64,000 nucleotides of DNA from an uncultured Candidatus Saccharibacteria bacterium (GTDB taxonomy: Bacteria; Patescibacteriota; JABMPQ01; JAQVVF01), in assembly GCA_964574655.1 (NCBI GenBank), contig CAZNOH010000004.1:66046-130045 (forward strand), in the 5' to 3' direction. The number at the start of each line of letters is the position of its first letter. The first letter of the stretch is position 1. The notes below the pieces were generated by a model. That model had not been told where the DNA came from, did not search any database, and saw only the letters and a list, made by a program, of their open reading frames with translations. Both the position numbers and the translations under genes were made by a program. This document shows positions 47,801 through 54,547 of the stretch, in pieces.

Positions 47801-48243
47801 TTCACTTCAACGCGAACGAGTATTGATAGAGCATTTACAACTGACACACCAACGCCATGCAAACCACCAGAAACTTTATATCCGCCATCGCCGAATTTTC
47901 CGCCTGCATGCAAAATTGTCATGACAGTCTCTAATGTCGATTTTTTAGTAGCTTTGTGAGTTTCTACCGGAATACCACGACCATCATCTGTAATTGTGAC
48001 TTTAGTGCCTTTATGCAAGGTAACATGAATATTTTTGCAATAGCCAGCCATTGCTTCATCAATAGAGTTGTCAACAACTTCCCAAATTAGATGATGAAGT
48101 CCTTCAATACTAGTACCGCCAATATACATGCCAGGACGTTTCCGAACTGGCTCAAGGCCTTTTAAAACTGTAATAGAAGAGGCTCCATATGACTCTGATG
48201 GGTTTTTTGAAATGTTCTTTTTATCTTTTTTCTTGATAGCCAT
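44884..48243 (-). CDS. gyrB: DNA gyrase subunit B containing an intein
   Basis: VRKRPGMYIG, GGLHGVG, EGDSAGG|intein|SAKQGR, PLRGKILN, DADVDG, QRYKGLGEMN. Confidence 0.97.
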   Translation of the reverse strand: MAIKKKDKKNISKNPSESYGASSITVLKGLEPVRKRPGMYIGGTSIEGLHHLIWEVVDNSIDEAMAGYCKNIHVTLHKGTKVTITDDGRGIPVETHKATKKSTLETVMTILHAGGKFGDGGYKVSGGLHGVGVSVVNALSILVRVEVKRDGYLWSQEYKRGKTSTKVIKEKKAKGTGTSVIFEPDPEIFPKIEFDWKTIITHLRQQAYLTKGVKISISDERTGHELAPKIPRALTFYFEGGILSYVRFLNRSEKVVHENPFYVEKAQGDVLVEVALQYTQEINGIEMAFANNIYTPEGGAHLMGFRTSVTRVINDYARKNGYLKEKEDNLTGDDVREGQTAVISLKLPNPQFEGQTKAKLGNSEIRPIVSSVVAEYFAQFLEEHPQDARQIMAKTLLACKARLAAKAAKDTVIRKGIMDGLSLPGKLADCSSKNPEESELYIVEGDSAGGCFDGNTKISLADGRDLSLKELVKEWKQNKQNYCYTIKNNNSIGIEKILNPRITKRNAQVIKIILDNNEGIIATPDHKFMLRDGKYIKAQDLKSDMSLMPFINKLSQRKGRITIEGYKMIFDPKNHHWIFAHSLADKYNLEHNVYNEENENYYRHHFDFNKLNNDPNNIVRMTKDQHLKLHQDFASTTLHRKDTIEKCNKIKKTQAYRQKISQTMKKMGNLLSQRAKKQWKNSDYKEYMAEKYLEFYNSNKAYQKKTLQRLDKEQKEYWAKKENRQKQSEKTKKYFENNPEMKLHLVKKAEAEWSDKALLSWRKNETKKQWTKEFRQKRKEAYSQTYLNSSLQFAKKILEQNGSIDSYDQERNSLEKKNTNLLKATTLVKRFFEGKKENFYEAVKNYNHKIKCIKKISKKIDVYDFEVPNSHNFALSSGIFVHNSAKQGRDRTFQAILPLRGKILNVERARIDKMLTSKEIKALIIAMGMGVGEEKEIEKMRYHRIIIMTDADVDGAHIRTLLLTFFYRYYQEIIKKGYLYIAQPPLYRIEKGKKVNYAYSDQEKVKILKEIEKLPAKKTKKSKIEKAGFTIKELKEGDEVAEEEKMTGVNIQRYKGLGEMNPSQLWETTMDPQNRVMLKVNVEDVAKADETFDILMGNEVEPRKRFIQTHATSVKNLDI
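45595..46893 (-). mobile_element. 433-aa intein with HNH-type homing endonuclease region
   Basis: Starts CFDGNT, block B ATPDHKF, HH.DFNKLNN, ends VYDFEV...HNFAL...FVHN followed by Ser. Confidence 0.95.
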
Positions 48244-48251
48244 AAATTTAA

Positions 48252-48293
48252 TCCGCCATCGCTCTTCGCATGCTCAAAGCTTCGGCGGACAAG
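48252..48293 (-). repeat. Family A palindromic element just upstream of the gyrB start
   Basis: Minus strand: cttg-tccgcc-gaa-gct...agc-gat-ggcgga. Confidence 0.75.
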
Positions 48294-48572
48294 AAGTTAA
48301 TTTATAATTAAAAGTCTATATTTTTCAAAAACAAAATAAAATTATACTCTGATTTGTATATATCAGTGCAAAAATAAGTGTTTTCTAAACAATATAATTA
48401 TAGCAAATATATTGCTTTTAGCAAGGTTGATTTTGGGGATATTTATTATTATCTTTTGGCTTGTTAAAGCAAAATTATCAAATATTGATTGACAAAATAA
48501 AAAAGATATGCTAATATACCTTGAACCTGTGCAAGGAAGCACCTTGAATTTTTGACTCCAAAGGAGGACACA

Positions 48573-49901
48573 ATGCATAAGCTACTGAAGGACTTGTTTT
48601 ATTTTCTGCATTTGGATTATATTCTTTTTGTCGGGCATCAGTTGCCTGACCGCGATGTGGCAAGTGCTGAGTATGTGTTTTGTGAGGCTTTCGGCTTGAG
48701 ATGGAAGGATGCAAGAATTCGTCTGCTTTTCGTCAAGAATGGCGAGGAATATGAACAGAATGGATTTTTCCATACCGACTTGGATAGATGGATTCCATTT
48801 TTGGATGATGCTGACAAAGACGCTGATGGAAATGAAAGCAAGGAAAATACAGTGCAAGATGGCGTCAAGCGTTCTCGCTTGATGATTATCCATTTTGATA
48901 CTGGTCGGAAGTTTGATCCTTGGACTGCTGAAAAGTTCAAGGCTGGGCAGCGAGTTTTCTTTTACGATCATCATGGGGATGTTGACCAGGGATATTCAGC
49001 AACGGGAGTTGTCTTTCTTACTCATGAAGATCGGCTTTTGGAAAGTCCAAAGTATGAGCATCTCAGGGTCATGACCACATTCATCAATGCCAAGGATTAT
49101 GGCAAAGAGTTTGATGGCAAAAATGAATATGAGATGCGAAATCTCTATGGTTTGGCGGATCTGCTCCGAGGCTTGAACTACTGCCAGACTGGTGAGCGGA
49201 CCAAGAAAGACGATGCGTATTTTGCAGATTCGGTAATCGCAGCGTTCTATAGCTTGGATGCATATATGTCGGTTCGACTGATGTTTGGTCGGAACTTCAA
49301 TGAAGCCAAGAAGGGTACGTACAAGACGCTCTTCGGAGTTCGTCTGTACTACCACGACTTCAGCGATTCCTGCGTCAATGGCCAGACAGCAAGAATTTTC
49401 TTTGGCAAACCGCCTTACCTCGATGGTAAGCAGCCTGTGGATTGTATCATCACAAAGCATCGCGAGCGAATCCAGTTTGTGATCTACGATGATGACTACA
49501 AGACGCCTGAACATCTGGACACTACTGAGATTCAGCGAAGATTGCAGGAATACTATCCAGAGCTGGAAGATTCCGCAATCTATAATGATAACAGAGATTT
49601 CTGTCTTTATATCACTTCGAATGAAGTTGACTTGGATGTTCTGATCATGATTGTTGAATATCTGATTGAAGAACGCAAAGACAAGTTTGTCGGCCAAATG
49701 CTTGATGATCAGCAGGAAATGCGAGAAACAGTCGAAAGAATTGCTTCTATGCATAATCCTGTTGAACAAGGCTACCATTGGGTAAACTATTATCACACAA
49801 TCCAAAATCAGCAGAAGCAGAGGCTGGCGATGAGTATGTTCTGCCAGGCAATGTCAGATCGAGGCGAGGAGGAAACTTCTTCGCAAATTTTGGAACGATG
49901 A
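48573..49901 (+). CDS. Orphan protein with DHH/MYG1-like phosphoesterase motifs
   Basis: GHQLPDRD, FDTG, YDHH..., SATG; AAGGAGG SD; higher GC than neighbours. Confidence 0.55.
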   Translation: MHKLLKDLFYFLHLDYILFVGHQLPDRDVASAEYVFCEAFGLRWKDARIRLLFVKNGEEYEQNGFFHTDLDRWIPFLDDADKDADGNESKENTVQDGVKRSRLMIIHFDTGRKFDPWTAEKFKAGQRVFFYDHHGDVDQGYSATGVVFLTHEDRLLESPKYEHLRVMTTFINAKDYGKEFDGKNEYEMRNLYGLADLLRGLNYCQTGERTKKDDAYFADSVIAAFYSLDAYMSVRLMFGRNFNEAKKGTYKTLFGVRLYYHDFSDSCVNGQTARIFFGKPPYLDGKQPVDCIITKHRERIQFVIYDDDYKTPEHLDTTEIQRRLQEYYPELEDSAIYNDNRDFCLYITSNEVDLDVLIMIVEYLIEERKDKFVGQMLDDQQEMRETVERIASMHNPVEQGYHWVNYYHTIQNQQKQRLAMSMFCQAMSDRGEEETSSQILER

Positions 49902-49907
49902 TCTTTT

Positions 49908-49935
49908 GACCGATTAACCCTCGGTCTTTTTTTTT
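49908..49935 (+). terminator. Intrinsic terminator
   Basis: gaccga-ttaaccc-tcggtc-ttttttttt. Confidence 0.7.
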
Positions 49936-49940
49936 GCCTC

Positions 49941-50043
49941 ACACTAATATGACACCAATAACACTAATTTAAACTAATAAAAGAGAGCTTAACTCTCTTT
50001 TATAATTAGTGCTAATTAGTGCAATTAGTGATTAATTAGTGTG
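49941..50043. repeat. Empty periodic inverted repeat (CACTAAT / ATTAGTG) around a central hairpin
   Basis: Four cactaat-like units, aaaagagag-cttaa-ctctctttt, four attagtg units; supplies the pheT stop codon. Confidence 0.75.
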
Positions 50044-52369
50044 ATCTTATCTTAGCATTAAATATCCTACTGATATGGCTAACTATTTTTTGCTGAATTG
50101 CTTGGACTTCTTGATCTTGCAAAGTTTTGTTGGGATCTTGATAAGTCAAATGATATGCTAAATTTCTTTCATTTGGCAGTAATGGCTTGCCAGTATAAAC
50201 ATCAAATAATTTTGCTTTTATTAATAATGGCTGGCCGATCTTTAAAATTTCTCGCTCCAATGTTGCTGCTGGAATTGTTTTATCTAAAACAAAAGCTAAA
50301 TCTAAAGTTACGGCTGGAAATTTTGGTATCTGCTGGAATTTCTTTTCTTTCTTTGAGGCGTTAACTAATTCATCAACATCTAGTTCAAAGAAAACAACTT
50401 TAATTTTCTTAATTCCCATTTGATCAAGATTGCTTTGATTAATTAATCCCATTTGGCCAATTATTTTTGAGCCTTGTCTTATTTCGATTGATTTGCCAGT
50501 TGCTAAATATTTTGGAGTTTCTTCTAATTGAACAAATTGACAGGCAACATTTAATTTAATTAACAAGCCTTCTAAAATGCCTTTAAGATTATAGAATATC
50601 TTTTCTTTTTTACCGCAAATTATTCCTGATAAATATTTTTTTTCAAAATCTTGATAGACATGGCCAATTTCAAATATCTTGATACTCTCAAATCTTTTGG
50701 AATTTAGGCGAACATTGTCTAAAAGACCTGGCAAAAGTGAAGTCCTCAAATATTGCAAATCTTCTGATTGCGGATTTAAGACTTTGATATTTTCTGTGAA
50801 ATTAAATCCAGATTTCTGTAATAAATTTTGCGAAACAAAAGAATAATTATAACTTTCGGAAAAACCAAAACCAGCTAAAATATCACGAGCTGAATTCCCT
50901 AATTTTAAGTCCGCTAAATTTGAGACTGGCTCTAATTTTTGAATTAATGCTTGGGGCTTGATATTGTCATAGCCGTAAATTCTGGCGATTTCTTCAAAAA
51001 GGTCTTCTTGATAATGAATATCCATTCTGAAATATGAAACTTCGACAACTAAATTTTTTGATCCTGTAATCTTGAATTCTAAAGATTTTAGAATTGATTT
51101 AATTTTTGTTAAGGCAATTTTTTCTCCTAAAAATTCTTCTGCTTTTTTAGGATCAAATTTAATTTTGATTGCTTTGTGCTTTGAAGAATACACATCGCTA
51201 ACTGAACTTGCAACTTTTGCTTTGCAAATTTCTTGGAATAATTGGACAGTGCGTTGCAAAGCATAATTTGTCAATTCAGGCGCGATGTTTTTTTCATAGC
51301 GAGTGGCAGCTTCAGATTTTAAGCCTAATTTTCTAGCAGTTTGCCTGATAGAATATGCGTAAAAATTGGCTGATTCTAAAATTATTGATTTGGTATTTTT
51401 GGAAACTTCAGAATTAAATCCACCCATAACGCCGGCAACGGCAACAGGCTTTTTACTATCAGTGATAACTAGCATTTTTGGATCTAGCTGTCTAATTTTG
51501 CCGTCAATTGTTTTTAAGTTCTCACCTTTCTTAGCTTTGCGAACTATAATTTTATCGCCAACTTTCTCTGCATCAAAAGCATGTAAAGGCTGGCCGAATT
51601 CCAACATTACATAATTTGTTATATCAACAACATTGTTAATTGGTCTCATGCCAGCAGAATTCAATCTTGCCTGCAACCATAATGGAGATTCTTCAATTTT
51701 TATATTATCCAATTTTACTGCCATATATCTTGGACAAAGTTTTTTGTCTTTGACTTCAACTGAAATTTTCTTGGCAGTCTTTTTTATTTTTGGAAGTTTT
51801 GGCAAAGATAATTTTTTATTTTCTTTCGCTGCGATTTCTCTAGCAATGCCAATATGACAAAATAGATCAGACCGATGAGTCAAAGATTTATTATCAATAT
51901 TAAAAATGACATCGTCTAAATTCAGGTACTTACTAAATTCTTCACCAACTTTTGCACCTTTGTCTAAAACCATGATACCTTCTGATTTTTTGGCCAAATC
52001 TAATTCTTCTTCAGAACAAATCATGCCAAAAGATTTTTCGCCTCTAATTGCAACTGGCTTAATTACTAAGCCATTTGGTAACTTTGTGCCAATGATTGCA
52101 ACTGGAACTTTCTGATTAACCGCTAAATTTGAAGCACCGCAAACAATGTCTAAAATTTCTTTGCCGACATTTACTTTAGCTAAATTCAAACGATCAGCAT
52201 TTGGATGCTTCTTTTTTTCGATAACTTGACCAATAATTATACCGTCAAACTTTTGAGCTAAATCTTCTACGCCTTCGACTTCAGCAATAGACATAGTTAA
52301 ATTTTCAGCAGTTGCCTGCGGATTGGAAATTTTAACATAATCTTTTAGCCAATTGACAGATATTTTCAT
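50036..52369 (-). CDS. pheT: Phenylalanine--tRNA ligase beta subunit
   Basis: S.NWLKDYV, HPNADRL, GQPLHAFD, FDX-ACB C-terminus. Confidence 0.97.
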   Translation of the reverse strand: MKISVNWLKDYVKISNPQATAENLTMSIAEVEGVEDLAQKFDGIIIGQVIEKKKHPNADRLNLAKVNVGKEILDIVCGASNLAVNQKVPVAIIGTKLPNGLVIKPVAIRGEKSFGMICSEEELDLAKKSEGIMVLDKGAKVGEEFSKYLNLDDVIFNIDNKSLTHRSDLFCHIGIAREIAAKENKKLSLPKLPKIKKTAKKISVEVKDKKLCPRYMAVKLDNIKIEESPLWLQARLNSAGMRPINNVVDITNYVMLEFGQPLHAFDAEKVGDKIIVRKAKKGENLKTIDGKIRQLDPKMLVITDSKKPVAVAGVMGGFNSEVSKNTKSIILESANFYAYSIRQTARKLGLKSEAATRYEKNIAPELTNYALQRTVQLFQEICKAKVASSVSDVYSSKHKAIKIKFDPKKAEEFLGEKIALTKIKSILKSLEFKITGSKNLVVEVSYFRMDIHYQEDLFEEIARIYGYDNIKPQALIQKLEPVSNLADLKLGNSARDILAGFGFSESYNYSFVSQNLLQKSGFNFTENIKVLNPQSEDLQYLRTSLLPGLLDNVRLNSKRFESIKIFEIGHVYQDFEKKYLSGIICGKKEKIFYNLKGILEGLLIKLNVACQFVQLEETPKYLATGKSIEIRQGSKIIGQMGLINQSNLDQMGIKKIKVVFFELDVDELVNASKKEKKFQQIPKFPAVTLDLAFVLDKTIPAATLEREILKIGQPLLIKAKLFDVYTGKPLLPNERNLAYHLTYQDPNKTLQDQEVQAIQQKIVSHISRIFNAKIRSH

Positions 52370-52371
52370 AA

Positions 52372-53409
52372 TTAGAATTGATTAATAAATCTTAAATCGC
52401 CAGACATGAATAATCTGATGTCAGTAATTCCATATTTCATCATGGCGAGTCTTGTTAAACCCATGCCAAAAGCAAAGCCTGTATATTTATTTTTTTCGTA
52501 ACCTGCAGATTTAAAAACATTTTGCTGAATCATGCCACAAGGAATTAATTCTACCCAACCAGTTTGCTTGCAAACAGGGCAGCCAGAACCACCACAAATC
52601 ATACATTCAAAATCTAATTCAAAGCCTGGCTCAACAAATGGGAAATAGCCTGGTCTAAGTCTAACTTTAACTTCATTTTTTTTGAAATAGGCTTTCAAAA
52701 ATTCTTTTAAAGTATAAATTAAATTGGCAACAGAAATTTTTTCATCAACAATGAATCCTTCACATTGGTAAAAAGTATGTTCGTGAGAAGCATCAGTTGA
52801 TTCATTTCGAAAACAGCGTCCTGGAACAATGACACGCAATGGCGGTTTTTTATTTTCCATTATCTTTACTTGCATGTTTGAAGTATGCGCGCGCATAACT
52901 CTTTTGTTTTCTAATTTAGTATCTTTTTCTTTATTTTCAATAAAAAAAGTATCATAGCTATCCATGGCTGGATGGTCTTTTGGAAAATTCAAGGCAAGAA
53001 AATTATAATGCAAATCAGTAAGTTCATTTCCTTCATGAACTTGAAAGCCCATTGATTTAAAAATTTCTTCAACTTCGCGAGAGACTAAAGTAATTGGATG
53101 AAGATGACCAATCTCTGGTCTAATGCCAGGTAATGTTATATCAAAAAATTCATTGGTTTGAGAGCTCTTAGATTTTAAGACGCTAATTTTGTTATTCAAA
53201 GCCAGATTGATTTCATGCTTAACTTGATTGGCTTGAGAACCTAATGTCTTTCTTTGTTCAACGTTAAGAGTTGGCAAAGTCTGAATTATTTTTGTTAATA
53301 AGCCAGATTTTCGGCCTAAAAATTTAATTCTAATTTGTTCAACAATGCTTGTTGAATTAGCATTATTGATTTCTGATAGAGCTTGCTGTTTTAATTCAGT
53401 TAAGTTCAT
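52372..53409 (-). CDS. pheS: Phenylalanine--tRNA ligase alpha subunit
   Basis: GHLHP, RAHTS, YFPFVEP, GFAFGMG. Confidence 0.97.
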   Translation of the reverse strand: MNLTELKQQALSEINNANSTSIVEQIRIKFLGRKSGLLTKIIQTLPTLNVEQRKTLGSQANQVKHEINLALNNKISVLKSKSSQTNEFFDITLPGIRPEIGHLHPITLVSREVEEIFKSMGFQVHEGNELTDLHYNFLALNFPKDHPAMDSYDTFFIENKEKDTKLENKRVMRAHTSNMQVKIMENKKPPLRVIVPGRCFRNESTDASHEHTFYQCEGFIVDEKISVANLIYTLKEFLKAYFKKNEVKVRLRPGYFPFVEPGFELDFECMICGGSGCPVCKQTGWVELIPCGMIQQNVFKSAGYEKNKYTGFAFGMGLTRLAMMKYGITDIRLFMSGDLRFINQF

Positions 53410-53436
53410 AAATTTGAAGATATTACGGATATTACT

Positions 53437-54063
53437 TTATTTTACAAAATCAAAAAAATCTTTTGAATTAATTGTCCTTCCGAACATAGTGGGCCAAGTG
53501 TATTCTTTCAATAATTTTTGTAATTTTTGTCGAATTACAACATCAGTTGTTTCTATTAAATCTTTTAGAATTATAAAATTATATCCTAAAGAAAAACCTC
53601 CTTGGATTGTTGACCACACACATCCATCACCAAAAATACCTGCAATAGCAACATTTTTTATCTTTTTCTCTTTCAAAAATTTATCCAATTTCGGATTTGT
53701 AAATGCATCATAGTTATTTTTTGTAACGATAAAGTCGTTTTTTTGTGGTTCTAATTCAAATAATTTCTCGCTAAAATCAGATTTATCAGAAGAATAATAT
53801 CTGCATTTTGGATCTTTATATAATTCCACAATATTCTTAGGCAGGAATTCTTTTTTCCATGGAGTACAATTAACAAAAATTACCTGGCCTCCGGCATTCC
53901 TATATTGCGAGATGAACTTTTTTAAAGTAGGAATCATTTTCCTAATCTTGTTGAAAGAAACGTCCCATTTTTTTATCTCACATTTTGGATGACAACAGAA
54001 ATTAGTAATATCAACTACTATTAATGCGACTTCTTTAATTTTAGATTCCATTATTTTAGACAT
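53437..54063 (-). CDS. Isochorismatase-family cysteine hydrolase
   Basis: ALIVVD, K..YDAF, AG..GDGCV.ST. Confidence 0.88.
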   Translation of the reverse strand: MSKIMESKIKEVALIVVDITNFCCHPKCEIKKWDVSFNKIRKMIPTLKKFISQYRNAGGQVIFVNCTPWKKEFLPKNIVELYKDPKCRYYSSDKSDFSEKLFELEPQKNDFIVTKNNYDAFTNPKLDKFLKEKKIKNVAIAGIFGDGCVWSTIQGGFSLGYNFIILKDLIETTDVVIRQKLQKLLKEYTWPTMFGRTINSKDFFDFVK

Positions 54064-54112
54064 GTTTCTAAATAATATCCTTAAAATTTGGCTAATATTC
54101 TCAAGTAAATTT

Positions 54113-54481
54113 TTAGCGCGAAATAAAGTAGAATTCTATTAACACAATACTTATGACGAATAACGATCCATCCCACCAAGTTAATAGTCTGAAAGCTTGC
54201 AAAACTAGTGAGCCAACTAAAATTATTGATAATAATATAGCTTGACGGAAAGATGGATTGACATGAGCAAATAAAATTTCGTTTTTGGAAAACCAAACAC
54301 GCAAATAAAAGCCAGCAATAGTCAAAGTTCCGATACTTGCGAAAAATAAGCTGATATAAAAAGCAATTAAGCCTAAAGCACCAGAATTGTAAGGATTAAC
54401 ATAATATAGAATTAGACCAAAAGCAAGCCAACAGACAATTGTGGATAAAAACATGCCCAGTAAATATGAACGAAGAGTCAT
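54113..54481 (-). CDS. Conserved 4-TM hypothetical membrane protein
   Basis: Start MTLRSY; 'SFRQA', 'LQAFRLLTWW'. Confidence 0.7.
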   Translation of the reverse strand: MTLRSYLLGMFLSTIVCWLAFGLILYYVNPYNSGALGLIAFYISLFFASIGTLTIAGFYLRVWFSKNEILFAHVNPSFRQAILLSIILVGSLVLQAFRLLTWWDGSLFVISIVLIEFYFISR

Positions 54482-54547
54482 AATTAATAATATTGAATAT
54501 TTCTTGTCTTTAATTATGATTATACACAAAACAGAAGACTTTGTCTA

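Noticed and set aside
48582-49805. Long antisense ORFs (130 and 269 aa) opposite the DHH-like gene
   Set aside because: Shadow frames expected from the higher GC and codon bias of the sense gene; no RBS or motifs.
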